Origin: an uncultured Fibrobacterota bacterium
GTDB lineage: Bacteria > Fibrobacterota > Chitinivibrionia > Chitinivibrionales > FEN-1185
Direction: 5' to 3'
Assembly (NCBI GenBank): GCA_963753345.1
Contig: CAVWBU010000016.1
Location: 128,001-192,000, forward strand
Length of the DNA: 64,000 nt
Below, piece after piece: positions 1-9,836 of the stretch. The notes beneath the pieces are model-generated. The model was not told the origin of the DNA, did not search any database, and saw only the letters and a program-made list of their open reading frames with translations. The position numbers and the translations under genes were made by a program. The first letter of the stretch is position 1. Each line of letters starts with the position of its first letter.

Positions 1-1511
1 ACATTAAGGTCGAGTTCCTGCAGCGTGTTCCCGCCGGTGCCGTGGCTGTCGCCGCCGGGCTGGTTTGCCGACTGTTTGGTGTAATCCGGCGGCGTCGTGG
101 GCCCCCACGTCAGGGAAAAACCGTTGTTCCCCATGTTGGGGAATCCCAGTTTGTAAATGACCTGCGACGTATAATTGAACGATTGCACCGGCTGAAACAG
201 CCCGCTCGCGCTGAATGCACTCGTTCCGAGAATATTTCCCACCAGGTTGAAGTAGTTGTTCCACCTGCCCACGTTGACCGCCATGAGGTTCGTCGTTGCA
301 GTGGGGTGCGTGGCCGTAAACCAGTTGCGGCAGACCGTGATGTGGCTCGTTGACCCGAAATACCCGTCGCTCCCCACGCCGCCCGCAATGTTTCCCTCAA
401 CAAGGTTCATCATGTTGTGCGGGCCGTGGCTCACGCTCAGATCCATGCCCGCCATGGTGCTGTCGCCGGTGTTTGCATCGTAGACGAAATTGTAGGCGAT
501 CGCGTTTCCCGCGCACCCGCCCTTGGAGTCGCCCAGAATAATTCCGGGAAACCCGCCGTTGTAGGCTATGTTGTCTTCGATGAGGTTGAAGGAACAGTCC
601 TGGTAGAGATCGATGCCCTCGTGATTGGGCCCGCCCCCCACCACGGCGTGCGTGTAATTGTGGCGAATTTCGCCGCCGACAAAACAGACAAGAAACATCT
701 GCCGTCCTGTCGAATTCTTGATCTCGACGTTCTGTATCCAGCACCCCCACGACTGGTCGAACTCGATGCCCGCCCACGACACCTTGTTGCAATCCACGGT
801 CAGGTCTTCCACGCCGGTGTTGCACAGCGGCGGTATCGAGTACTGCACGAGCACGGGCGACGCGGTGAAACTGAAGGGCAACGGCGGCGAGACCGTTACC
901 GTGGTCGCGGTCTTGGCAGTCACCCTGAATACGGCCGACATGAGCCTGTTGTTCGTGGTGGGTGCGGTGGCGGCAATAACGTAGCTGAGGTCGTTCTGTT
1001 CCACTCTGACAAGATTGCCCACCTTGATTGCCGAAGTGTTCCCCACCGTCACCACCGAACTTCCTTCGGTGGCGCCGGCCGTGATCGCCAGGCCCGAGTC
1101 CGGCCGCGGCCAGTCTGCAGTGCCGAGCAGCAGGACCTGATTGTTCGAATCGGCCATGAGCACCGTTTTTCCCATGCCCGCGCCGCGTATCGTTATGTTC
1201 GCCGCATAGGCGCGGTACACGCGGCTGTCAAGCAGGTAGGTGCCCGACGGAATGTACACAACCTGTCCGGCCGGGCATGCGTCTATGGCAGCCCCGATCG
1301 CGGTTGATGCGTCCACTGTTCCCGTCCCGTACGCAGCCGAATCCACGGTTGCGCCGATTGCCGTGCGGTGCGGAATCCCGCCTGCAACGCCGGTGACTAC
1401 GCCGGGTGTCCAATCACACGTTCGGTCCGGCGGGATAATCTGGGAAGAAACCGGGCCCGCCATCAGGACCGTAAATAAAAAACCAGTGAGAACCTTCTCG
1501 AACAAGCGCAT
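1..1511 (-). CDS. Secreted pectate-lyase-like right-handed beta-helix protein (3' end outside window)
   Basis: Absent from ORF track because there is no stop in the window. Manual translation from ATG 1511 (GGAGG RBS): MRLFEKVLTGFLFTVLMAGPVSSQIIPPDRTCDWTPG...GGIPHRT...DASTAIGAAIDACPAGQVVYIPSGTY...ITIRGAG; the frame is open to base 3. Paralogue of 26479..28648. Confidence 0.8.
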   Translation of the reverse strand, partial: MRLFEKVLTGFLFTVLMAGPVSSQIIPPDRTCDWTPGVVTGVAGGIPHRTAIGATVDSAAYGTGTVDASTAIGAAIDACPAGQVVYIPSGTYLLDSRVYRAYAANITIRGAGMGKTVLMADSNNQVLLLGTADWPRPDSGLAITAGATEGSSVVTVGNTSAIKVGNLVRVEQNDLSYVIAATAPTTNNRLMSAVFRVTAKTATTVTVSPPLPFSFTASPVLVQYSIPPLCNTGVEDLTVDCNKVSWAGIEFDQSWGCWIQNVEIKNSTGRQMFLVCFVGGEIRHNYTHAVVGGGPNHEGIDLYQDCSFNLIEDNIAYNGGFPGIILGDSKGGCAGNAIAYNFVYDANTGDSTMAGMDLSVSHGPHNMMNLVEGNIAGGVGSDGYFGSTSHITVCRNWFTATHPTATTNLMAVNVGRWNNYFNLVGNILGTSAFSASGLFQPVQSFNYTSQVIYKLGFPNMGNNGFSLTWGPTTPPDYTKQSANQPGGDSHGTGGNTLQELDLN

Positions 1512-1594
1512 GGGTGCCTCCGTGATTGTTTCAACCGTGCCCCATCCCCTGCCCTTTTCCCTGGAGCAAAGAAGGGTGTGTCGTTTCACTTCAC

Positions 1595-1623
1595 ACTATA
1601 CCGTTAACGGCGATTTTTGTCAA
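1595..1623 (-). promoter_or_regulatory. Sigma70-type promoter for beta-helix gene
   Basis: Minus strand TTGACA-17 nt-TATAGT. Confidence 0.65.
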
Positions 1624-1689
1624 TGTTGACAATGCGGATGCGCAACCTGGGGGGAGGTCTGACGGGATGGAACGGGCGCGGTTCAGCGG

Positions 1690-2358
1690 TCAGCTTCTGA
1701 ATCGTCCCGCTCCATGACGGATGATGGAGCCTTCGATCATGTAAATCACATCCTCGGCGATATTGGTGGCGTGGTCGGCGATGCGCTCGAGGTGGCGTGA
1801 AATGGTGAGCATCTGGAGGAGATTGTCCACGCTGTCGGGCGACTGCAGGATGCCGCTCTTGACTTTTTCGAACATGTCCTTGTAGAGCGCGTCGACCTCG
1901 TCGTCCGACGCGCACACCTCCAGCGCGAGCCTGGGGTCGAGGTTGACAAGCGCGTCGAGGCATTTCTTGAGCATGAGCCTCGCCTTTTCCATCATGTCGG
2001 GGAAATTCGAGGTAAAGGCGAAGTCGGGCCGCTCGGCGAGCACGAGCGACCGCTCCGCGATGTTCACGGTGAGGTCGCCGATGCGCTCGAGGTCGCTGTT
2101 GATCTTGAGCACCGCGACGATGAAGCGAAGATCGGTGGCGACCGGCTGGTGAAGCGCGAGCACCTTGAGGCACTCCTCTTCGACCTCTATTTCCATTATG
2201 TCAACAGCCTTGTCCATGTCGATCACCTTTCCGGCCAGTTCGGCGTCCCGTTTCTCAACCGCGCGCACCGCGCGCTCCACGTTCTCCTCGACCATTGCGG
2301 ACAGCCGGAGGATTTTCTTCTTGAGGTTGTCGATTTCTTTCTGTAAATGTACCGCCAT
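1690..2358 (-). CDS. phoU: Phosphate signalling protein PhoU (copy 1)
   Basis: ALHQPVATDLR, DLERIGD, LERIADHATNIAE motifs. Confidence 0.96.
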   Translation of the reverse strand: MAVHLQKEIDNLKKKILRLSAMVEENVERAVRAVEKRDAELAGKVIDMDKAVDIMEIEVEEECLKVLALHQPVATDLRFIVAVLKINSDLERIGDLTVNIAERSLVLAERPDFAFTSNFPDMMEKARLMLKKCLDALVNLDPRLALEVCASDDEVDALYKDMFEKVKSGILQSPDSVDNLLQMLTISRHLERIADHATNIAEDVIYMIEGSIIRHGAGRFRS

Positions 2359-2372
2359 ACATGGTTCTCCTG

Positions 2373-4190
2373 TTAGGTCGTCGGCTTTGCAAGCGGCAGT
2401 GCGACGGTAAACGTGCTCCCTTTTCCAACAGCGCTTTCCACGCTCACCCGCCCCTTGTGGGCCAAAACGATATGTTTGACAATAGAGAGTCCGAGGCCGG
2501 TCCCTCCCAGCTTCCTGCTCCGCGCTTTATCGACCCGGTAGAATCGCTCAAAAATCCGTTCAATGTGCTCCTGGGGAATCCCGATGCCCTCGTCGCGCAC
2601 CGAAATAACAGCCTCACCGCCCGAGACTTCACCCTTGATCCACACGGTCTTTTTCTCGTCGCTGTAATTGATCGCGTTGTCGATAAGGTTCACCACCGCC
2701 TGTTCGAGAAGCGACTTTTCCATAAGCGCCGTTATTGTCTTGTCGCATGAGACTTCGAGCGTGATGTTCTTGAGCGACGCCTTGTGGCGGCAGGTGTCGG
2801 CGGCGGTCAAAACGACCTCGGAGAGCGCCCCCGGGGAAAGATCTATGGCCTGGCGTTCGGCATCCCGCTCGATGCGCGACAGCGACAGCAGGTCTTCAAC
2901 GATCGAATTGATGCGGTCCACCTGGCCGGAAATGATGGAAAGAAACCGCTCCGCTTCCGCGCGGTTGTCAAGGGCCCCGGACTGCAGCGTTTCCACGTAC
3001 CCCTTGATCGACGTGAGCGGCGTGCGGAGCTCGTGTGACACATTGGCGACAAAATCCTTGCGGACGTTCTCAAGCCGCTTTATCGTTGTGATGTCGTTGA
3101 CCACCATGAGCGCCCCTATGGTCCTTCCCTCACCGTCGCGAAGCGCGCTGCCGTGCAGTTGAAGAAACAGCTCCAGGTCCTTTTGAGCGCCATTGCCGCG
3201 GCTGTTGCCGCGCACCGGCAGAAGCAGCTCGCATTCGGCCGGGCCTTCGGCCTTGAGCGTGGCGATCAGGAAATCCTGCACTTCGATGTTCCGGAGCGCC
3301 TCGCCGATCCACTTTCCCTTGCTGTGCTCGCGATCTATGGAAAACAGCTCGGCTGCCGCGCTGTTGATGGTGATGATCCGTTCCTCTGCGTCAATCGCCA
3401 CCACGCCTTCGATCATGCTCGACAGCACGGCGTCAAGCTCGTTCTTCTGACGCGTGATGGTAGCGAGCCGGTCGCTCAGCTGCCGCGCCATTTCGTTGAG
3501 CCCGGCTGCAAGGTCTGCGGCCTCTTCGTAACCGGATACGGGAAGCTTTGTACCGAAATCGCCGCCTGCAAAACGCTGCGCGCCCCGTTTCATGGCCGTA
3601 ATAGGCGCGCTGATGTTTCTTGACACAAGGTAACTCACCAGCGCCGCAAACAGCGCCATGACCAGCACCGCGACAGCGATCCGGCCGTAAAGCGCGCCCA
3701 TCGCGTTTTTGATGACCGCGACCGGGAACGCAGTGCGGACCACCTGCGCCACCGCGCCGCGGTAATACACGGGCACCGCAACGTACATGAGTTCCTGCTC
3801 GAGCGTGTAACTGTAGCGGTCCGAAACGCCAGTGGCGCCTCCAAGCGCGGCCACGATTTCCCGGCGATTCGCGTGGTTTTCCATGGAATCCGGGTTTTTC
3901 TCCGAATCGCCCAGCACTTTTCCATTCGGCGCGATAATGGTGAACCGCGTATGGACTTTTTTTGCGAGCGCCTTGCACAGGGAATCGGTGTTAGCCGGGG
4001 ATAAGGAGACGAGATGCTGCTCCATCTGGCTTGCAATGAGCCAGGCGCGGGCCTTGAGATCTTCAACGACCTGCTGGGTGTAGAATTTCGAATAGGAATC
4101 CGATGCATACCACGTGATGAGCGCCGCCGGAATGCCCATGATCAGCAGGTAGGTAAAAAAGAGGAGCCATACAAGTTTTCTCGGCCACAT
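2373..4190 (-). CDS. phoR: Sensor histidine kinase PhoR (HAMP-PAS-HisKA-HATPase)
   Basis: FVANVSHELRTPLTSI, NLIDNA, FERFYRVDKARSR, GGTGLGL; directly downstream of phoB. Confidence 0.93.
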   Translation of the reverse strand: MWPRKLVWLLFFTYLLIMGIPAALITWYASDSYSKFYTQQVVEDLKARAWLIASQMEQHLVSLSPANTDSLCKALAKKVHTRFTIIAPNGKVLGDSEKNPDSMENHANRREIVAALGGATGVSDRYSYTLEQELMYVAVPVYYRGAVAQVVRTAFPVAVIKNAMGALYGRIAVAVLVMALFAALVSYLVSRNISAPITAMKRGAQRFAGGDFGTKLPVSGYEEAADLAAGLNEMARQLSDRLATITRQKNELDAVLSSMIEGVVAIDAEERIITINSAAAELFSIDREHSKGKWIGEALRNIEVQDFLIATLKAEGPAECELLLPVRGNSRGNGAQKDLELFLQLHGSALRDGEGRTIGALMVVNDITTIKRLENVRKDFVANVSHELRTPLTSIKGYVETLQSGALDNRAEAERFLSIISGQVDRINSIVEDLLSLSRIERDAERQAIDLSPGALSEVVLTAADTCRHKASLKNITLEVSCDKTITALMEKSLLEQAVVNLIDNAINYSDEKKTVWIKGEVSGGEAVISVRDEGIGIPQEHIERIFERFYRVDKARSRKLGGTGLGLSIVKHIVLAHKGRVSVESAVGKGSTFTVALPLAKPTT

Positions 4191-4195
4191 GGCGG

Positions 4196-4888
4196 TTACG
4201 CTTCCTCCTTGAACCGGTACCCCACGCCGCGCACGGTCTCGATATAGTCACCCGCCTCGCCGAGCTTCCTGCGCAAACCGACAATGAGAACGTCGACCGA
4301 ACGGTCGGTGACCGGGTAATTGTCGCCGCGCACGCCCTCCACAATCTGATACCGCGAAAACACCCACCCCGGCCTGCCTGCAAGAAAATGCAGAACGCGG
4401 AATTCCATGTTGGTGAGTTCCACGGCCTTTCCGGCGATAAGCACCTCGCGCCGGCCCGGATGTATGGTGATGTTATGAATTGTCAAGGGCAATGAATCGT
4501 CCACGGTCTCGGCGCGCTTTCGCCGCAGCACCGTCTTGATGCGTGCGACAAGGATCTTGGGCGAAAACGGTTTTACAATGTAGTCATCGGCGCCGAGTTC
4601 GAGCCCGGACACGATGTCCGATTCCTCGCCTTTTGCCGTGAGCATCACCACCGGAATTGTCTGCGTCTTCTCACCCTTCTTGAGCGCCCTGCATACGTCA
4701 AGGCCGTCCATGCCCGGCAGCATAAGGTCGAGCAGGACAAGGTCCAGCTTCTCGGCGCGCGCTTTCTTAAGCGCATCCTCGCCCGACAGCGCGGCTATGG
4801 TCTTGAACCCTTCCTTGTTCAGGTTGTAGGCGATAAGCTCCTGGATTTCCTCTTCGTCTTCGACAACGAGGATTCGTTCACGCGCCAT
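4196..4888 (-). CDS. phoB: OmpR-family response regulator PhoB
   Basis: Start MARERILVVEDE, LLDLMLPG, GADDYIVKPFS, IETVRGVGY; pst context. Confidence 0.93.
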   Translation of the reverse strand: MARERILVVEDEEEIQELIAYNLNKEGFKTIAALSGEDALKKARAEKLDLVLLDLMLPGMDGLDVCRALKKGEKTQTIPVVMLTAKGEESDIVSGLELGADDYIVKPFSPKILVARIKTVLRRKRAETVDDSLPLTIHNITIHPGRREVLIAGKAVELTNMEFRVLHFLAGRPGWVFSRYQIVEGVRGDNYPVTDRSVDVLIVGLRRKLGEAGDYIETVRGVGYRFKEEA

Positions 4889-5015
4889 AGCAACTCCGTT
4901 TTCTCGCGGTTCGGCCGCCCGAAGTTTTGCGGAAAAAGCTCGGGAACAAACGCTTCCCTGTATCATAATATAATGCACGGGCCCGCACGGCGCCCCCGCC
5001 GTCCCTGCCTGCCCC

Positions 5016-5696
5016 TCAGTTGGAAAACGGCGGCACGGTTGTGTCGGTGTGGTGCTTCACCATCCGGGCCTGATCGTGGAAGATTTCTTCCTCTGCGATA
5101 TTCGTGGAAAGGTCGGCAATCCGCTCGAGGTTCTTGCTCACGCGGATGTATTCGATGGCAGGCTCGATGAGCCCCGGGTTGGCCTTGGCGATGTCGATGG
5201 ATTTGAGGATAATGGACTTGTTCATCCTGTCGATTTCATCGTCCTTGAGAAGCTGGGCCCTTGCAAGTTCTGAATCCTTTGTGAAGAAACTCTGCAGCGA
5301 ATTGGCGAGCATGGTGGTCACGGTTTCGGCCATGCGGAAGAGCTCGGGAAGTTCCTCCATGGTCCCGACCGATGCGCACCGCTTCGCGGATTCCGCGATA
5401 TTTACCGCGTGGTCGCCGATGCGCTCGAGCCCGTTGTTGATTTTCTGTATCGCAAGCACCAGCCTGAGGTCCACCGCAACGGGCTGCTGGAGCGCGAAGA
5501 ACCTCACAATGTCGTTGTCGATGGTGATTTCAAAGGTGTTGATGGTGTTCTCATTGTCAAGCACCGATTGCGCCGCCGCGATGTCCTTGGCAAGGAACGC
5601 CTGAAGCGACGCCTTTACCGCCTTTTCCACAGCCTGGGCCATGGACTGCAGGGTGTCCATCACTTGCTGTAATTCTCTTTCAAAGTGTCGTTCCAC
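5016..5696 (-). CDS. phoU: Phosphate signalling protein PhoU (copy 2)
   Basis: ALQQPVAVDLR, LERIGDHAVNIAE, LERIADLSTNIAE. Confidence 0.95.
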   Translation of the reverse strand: MERHFERELQQVMDTLQSMAQAVEKAVKASLQAFLAKDIAAAQSVLDNENTINTFEITIDNDIVRFFALQQPVAVDLRLVLAIQKINNGLERIGDHAVNIAESAKRCASVGTMEELPELFRMAETVTTMLANSLQSFFTKDSELARAQLLKDDEIDRMNKSIILKSIDIAKANPGLIEPAIEYIRVSKNLERIADLSTNIAEEEIFHDQARMVKHHTDTTVPPFSN

Positions 5697-5720
5697 AGTG
5701 ATTCCTTTGTTTCGAAAATA

Positions 5721-6497
5721 TCAGCCAAACCGGCCTGTTATATAATCCTCTGTGCGCTTTATTTTTGGCGAGGTGAATATGGTGTTTGTCGTGTTGAATT
5801 CAACAAGTTCCCCCAGGTAAAGAAAAGCCGTGTAATCGCTCACGCGCGAGGCCTGCTGGAGGTTGTGGGTCACCATGATGACGCAGTAGTCCCGGCGCAA
5901 CTCTTCGATGAGCTCGTCGATCTGCCCCATGGAAATCGGATCGAGCGCCGATGCCGGTTCGTCAAGGAGCACGATCTCCGGCTTGATGGCGATGGTGCGC
6001 GCGATGCACAGCCGCTGCTGCTGGCCGCCCGAGAGGCTGAGGCCGCTCCGGTGGAGAATGTCCTTCACCTCGTTCCACAGCGCGGCCTTGCCCAGCACCT
6101 GCTCCACCAGTTCGTTCATTTCGTGGCGGGGCAGCCGCCGGTACAGGCGAACCGGAAACGCGATATTGTCGTAAATCGACATGGGAAAGGGCGTGGGCCG
6201 CTGGAACACCATGCCGATCTTGGCGCGAAGCGCCGACACCGTAACGCCTGGGCTTATGATGTTCTCCCCGTCGACCATCACCTTCCCTTCGGCGCGCTGG
6301 CCCGGGTAAAGGTCGTACATTCGGTTGAGCACCCGCAACAGCGTCGATTTTCCGCATCCGGAGGGGCCGATGAGCGCCGTGACGCTGCGGTCCGGAAAAT
6401 CCAGGGAAATGTCCTTGAGCGCCCGGACGTCGTTGTAAAAAAAGTTGAGCCGTTGCGCGGAAACCTTTATCTGCGTGGCTGCAGAGCCGTTGTTCAT
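5721..6497 (-). CDS. pstB: Phosphate ABC transporter ATPase
   Basis: [32 protein letters not shown]-terminal [10 protein letters not shown]. Confidence 0.97.
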   Translation of the reverse strand: MNNGSAATQIKVSAQRLNFFYNDVRALKDISLDFPDRSVTALIGPSGCGKSTLLRVLNRMYDLYPGQRAEGKVMVDGENIISPGVTVSALRAKIGMVFQRPTPFPMSIYDNIAFPVRLYRRLPRHEMNELVEQVLGKAALWNEVKDILHRSGLSLSGGQQQRLCIARTIAIKPEIVLLDEPASALDPISMGQIDELIEELRRDYCVIMVTHNLQQASRVSDYTAFLYLGELVEFNTTNTIFTSPKIKRTEDYITGRFG

Positions 6498-7345
6498 GTC
6501 TTCCTCCGGACAAACAGGAAATACCGGGCGAAAATGCTGAGCGCGAGCACGGTCACGGTGATAAGCAGCGAGCCCACCCATGCGAGACGCTGCCAGTCCT
6601 GGTAGGGACTCATTGCAAACTGGAATATCACAATAGGCAGAGTTGAAATGGGCGTGTTCATGGAAAATGCGGTGAACTGATTGTTAAGCGACGTGAACAG
6701 CAATGGCGCAGTCTCCCCGCTGATGCGCGCCAGGGCGAGAATGATGCCCGTGACAATGCCCGGGCGCGCGGCCCGCCAACCGATGCTTACGATCATTTTC
6801 CAGTACGGGCAGCCCAGCGCGATGGTCGCCTCGCGGAGCGTATCGGGCACGAGCCGCAGCATGTCTTCGGTGGTGCGCACAATCACCGGCAGTGCAATAA
6901 AGCATAAGGAAAGCGCGCCGGCCCATCCGGAAAAATGACCCGCCGGAAGCACCACAATTCCGTAGACGAAGAGGCCGATGATGATGGACGGTGCGCTCAA
7001 AAGGATATCGTTGCAGAACCGCACAACCTGACCGAACCTGGAGGTTCGCCCGTATTCTGCCAGAAACGTTCCTGCCAGAACGCCGATCGGTATTGCAAAC
7101 AGGATCGCAAAAAACACGACGAGAAGGCTCCCCACGATCGCGTTGAAAAGTCCGCCGTTGCTTCCGGGCGCCGGGGTGCTCATGGTGAAAATCGCAGGCG
7201 AGAGTGAGCGCACGCCATCCGCCACGAGTTTCAGGAGAATCGCCGCAAGCACGCCGATCGAAACAATCACCGCCAGGTGAAACAACCCTATCATGAGTCG
7301 GTTGACAAGGCGGCGCCTGCTCAGAATGCCGGGATCCACTTTCAT
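6494..7345 (-). CDS. pstA: Phosphate ABC transporter permease PstA
   Basis: [22 protein letters not shown]; 4-bp overlaps with neighbours. Confidence 0.96.
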   Translation of the reverse strand: MKVDPGILSRRRLVNRLMIGLFHLAVIVSIGVLAAILLKLVADGVRSLSPAIFTMSTPAPGSNGGLFNAIVGSLLVVFFAILFAIPIGVLAGTFLAEYGRTSRFGQVVRFCNDILLSAPSIIIGLFVYGIVVLPAGHFSGWAGALSLCFIALPVIVRTTEDMLRLVPDTLREATIALGCPYWKMIVSIGWRAARPGIVTGIILALARISGETAPLLFTSLNNQFTAFSMNTPISTLPIVIFQFAMSPYQDWQRLAWVGSLLITVTVLALSIFARYFLFVRRKT

Positions 7346-8367
7346 ACAGGTATCTTGCGGTTTACCGAGTGAAGAAGAATTCTGGTTATCACCAGCACTA
7401 CGAACGTGATGGCAAACAAAATGAGACCCAGCGCAAGGAGAGAAGACAAATACATTTTACCGAACGCTTCGGTAAACTCGTTGGCCAGGGTGGCCGATAT
7501 GGTGGTCCCCGGCGCAAACAGGGACAGTTGGATGCGGTGTGCGTTGCCTATGACGAACGTGACGGCCATGGTTTCACCGAGCGCACGTCCGAGTCCGAGC
7601 ATTATCGCGCCGATGATGCCGGTTTTGGTATAGGGCAAAATAATGCGGTAGCAAACCTCCCACACCGACGCGCCTGTGCCGTATGCCGCTTCGCGCAACG
7701 GAACGGGTACGGTGGCAAACGCCTGAAGGCTCACGGAGGCGATGAACGGCAGGACCATGATGCTCAGAATGAGCCCTGCGGTGAGCATGCCGATGCCGAA
7801 AGGAGGGCCCGCGAAAAGCGCTCCGATTATGGGAATCGGGCCGAGCGCGTTGATGACTGCCGGCTGAATGACTTTTGACATGATCGGCACAAGAACGAAC
7901 AATCCCCACATGCCGTATATAATGCTGGGGATCGCGGCAAGCAATTCAATGGTTGTGGTGAGAACGGATCGAAGTCGAAACGGGCACAGCTCGTTAAGAT
8001 AGAACGCCACGCCAAGGGCCAGCGGCGCCCCGATTGCAACCGCAACTATCGATGTTATGAGTGTGCCGGTGACTGCGGGCAGGGACCCGAATTTGTCGGT
8101 GACCGGGTTCCAGGAACTGCTGAAAATAAAGGACAGACCGAAGGTCTTGAAAGCGGGAAAACTCTGATAGCAAAGGATAACGAAGATCCCAGCCATCACC
8201 AGAACAACCAAAAGTGCAGCAGCCCTGGCAATGAGGCCGAAAAACGGTTCAAACCCGCTTCCAAAGGCAACCAGCCTTGGTCTTGGAAGGGCCTTGAGCT
8301 TTGCGTGTTCGGCAGCGTTGAGAGTCTCTGACGCCATGTCGCCAGCCGTTAAGGTTTCTTCCATCAT
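7342..8367 (-). CDS. pstC: Phosphate ABC transporter permease PstC
   Basis: ELLAAIPSIIYGMWG, GLGRALGETMAV, TLANEFTEA. Confidence 0.96.
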   Translation of the reverse strand: MMEETLTAGDMASETLNAAEHAKLKALPRPRLVAFGSGFEPFFGLIARAAALLVVLVMAGIFVILCYQSFPAFKTFGLSFIFSSSWNPVTDKFGSLPAVTGTLITSIVAVAIGAPLALGVAFYLNELCPFRLRSVLTTTIELLAAIPSIIYGMWGLFVLVPIMSKVIQPAVINALGPIPIIGALFAGPPFGIGMLTAGLILSIMVLPFIASVSLQAFATVPVPLREAAYGTGASVWEVCYRIILPYTKTGIIGAIMLGLGRALGETMAVTFVIGNAHRIQLSLFAPGTTISATLANEFTEAFGKMYLSSLLALGLILFAITFVVLVITRILLHSVNRKIPV

Positions 8368-8448
8368 GACTTTGGCCGTTTTTCCAAAAATTTCACCCTG
8401 GTGGGCGACAAACCATGCAGACTTCGGCTTGAAAAGTGAATAAGGAAA

Positions 8449-8500
8449 ATCTTATAATCCTGTTAGGATCTTGTTAGGAAAAGGTTACAATTCTGTTATG
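8449..8500 (-). promoter_or_regulatory. Putative Pho-box array upstream of pstC (5 repeats, 11-bp period)
   Basis: Plus-strand TCTTA/TGTTA/TGTTA/GGTTA/TGTTA starting at 8450, 8461, 8472, 8483, 8494. Confidence 0.8.
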
Positions 8501-8517
8501 TGTTTCTCTTGGGTAAT

Positions 8518-8545
8518 AGAGGCCGGCCCTGTAGGGCCGGCCTCT
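8518..8545 (-). terminator. GC-rich hairpin after porin gene (terminator or mRNA-stabilising stem)
   Basis: AGAGGCCGGCCCT-GT-AGGGCCGGCCTCT perfect inverted repeat; weak U-tract. Confidence 0.65.
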
Positions 8546-8566
8546 TGCCCGTTGGATGTTCTGCAC

Positions 8567-9769
8567 TCAGTAGTCGAATTCACCGTTGAGAAAGACCTTG
8601 TTCGCGGTAATGCTCGCGCCCAGAACTCTGGGTTTCACGCGCTGATAGTCGAGCGCGAATTTCACGTTCTTGACCGGCGAATACTGCACACCGGCGAGCA
8701 TCGTCTGGCCATCGTTGGTGCTCCAGTAATTCCTGGAAGAAGCGAGGTCAAACCTGCCAAACACCTCAAGTTCCTTTATGATGTTGTACATTGCGTACAG
8801 GGAAACGCCGTTGGCGTCGTGGAGCCTGATGCCCCCCTGGCTCACCTGGTTGTCGTATTCCAGGCCGATCTTTGCCTTGTCGAGAATGTTGTACCCGACA
8901 AACGCGGCAATGGTTTTCTGTGCAGAGTCCTGGGTATTTTTCCGTTCGGGCATCCAGTCGCCGTACACGTAGATGGTCAGGTCCTTGATGGGATTGGCCT
9001 GCACCGCACCGGCAACCTTGTAGTCACCGAATGCATCCTGATTTGCTTTGTACCCTTCGCCGTTGGTGACCCCGAGCGTGATCTTAACCAGGTCCAGGAT
9101 ATTGACCATTGCCTTTGCGCCCAGATCCGCGCTGGACTCCCAACTCAGCTGATCCATGAGAGTCTTATAGACATACCGATGGCCCCAAAACGACTCCATC
9201 ACGTCAAAGGCGAAATAGGACATCTGTCCAGCGGTGATGGTCGTCAACGGGATCCCCTTGAATGCGACGTATGCGGTCTTCACGTATGCAATATAGGAGT
9301 CGTTAATTTTGAGCGACAACGGACCCTCCACCGACACTGTATTAAGATTGGTGGTTTTACCCGTATCCACTTTAACGGTACTACCCACGTTACTGTTGTT
9401 GGGTGCCGTATACGGATCGATGCGCTGAACATCCAACATCGCTTCCGTTGAGAATGCCTTGTTGATTTTGTAATCGTAACCAAGGTACACACGGGTCAGT
9501 TCAATCAGTGATTTTTCCGTTAGGGTGGCTGGAGCGTTCTGGGTTACATCATAGTTCCAGTCCGCATAGATCTTCCCTATGACTTTTCCCTCAGGCTTGT
9601 CTTCCGCAGGTTTCGGGGCCGGAGCCTTTGTTTCGGCCGGGGCTTCCACGGGAGCAGCCTGAACCGCCGCCTGGGTCGTATCCTGGGGCTTGTCTTGCGC
9701 CGATGATGCCATGACACCACCTGCGGCAAGCACACACGACAGAATCATTAATACGGTTGTGATGCGCAT
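8567..9769 (-). CDS. Outer-membrane porin, probably phosphate-selective (OprO/P-like)
   Basis: Signal peptide, Pro/Ala-rich linker, amphipathic beta strands, ends EFDY; lies between pstS and pstC. Confidence 0.75.
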   Translation of the reverse strand: MRITTVLMILSCVLAAGGVMASSAQDKPQDTTQAAVQAAPVEAPAETKAPAPKPAEDKPEGKVIGKIYADWNYDVTQNAPATLTEKSLIELTRVYLGYDYKINKAFSTEAMLDVQRIDPYTAPNNSNVGSTVKVDTGKTTNLNTVSVEGPLSLKINDSYIAYVKTAYVAFKGIPLTTITAGQMSYFAFDVMESFWGHRYVYKTLMDQLSWESSADLGAKAMVNILDLVKITLGVTNGEGYKANQDAFGDYKVAGAVQANPIKDLTIYVYGDWMPERKNTQDSAQKTIAAFVGYNILDKAKIGLEYDNQVSQGGIRLHDANGVSLYAMYNIIKELEVFGRFDLASSRNYWSTNDGQTMLAGVQYSPVKNVKFALDYQRVKPRVLGASITANKVFLNGEFDY

Positions 9770-9836
9770 TTTCTTTCATCCTCCTATTATTGGTTATCGG
9801 AAATGTGATGGATTCGTTTGCCTTAGAAGAATCGCG

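Noticed and set aside
417..1307. Long antisense ORFs (417-1307, 9690-10922, 33665-35146, 59555-60820)
   Set aside because: Shadow ORFs opposite well-supported genes in GC-rich DNA.
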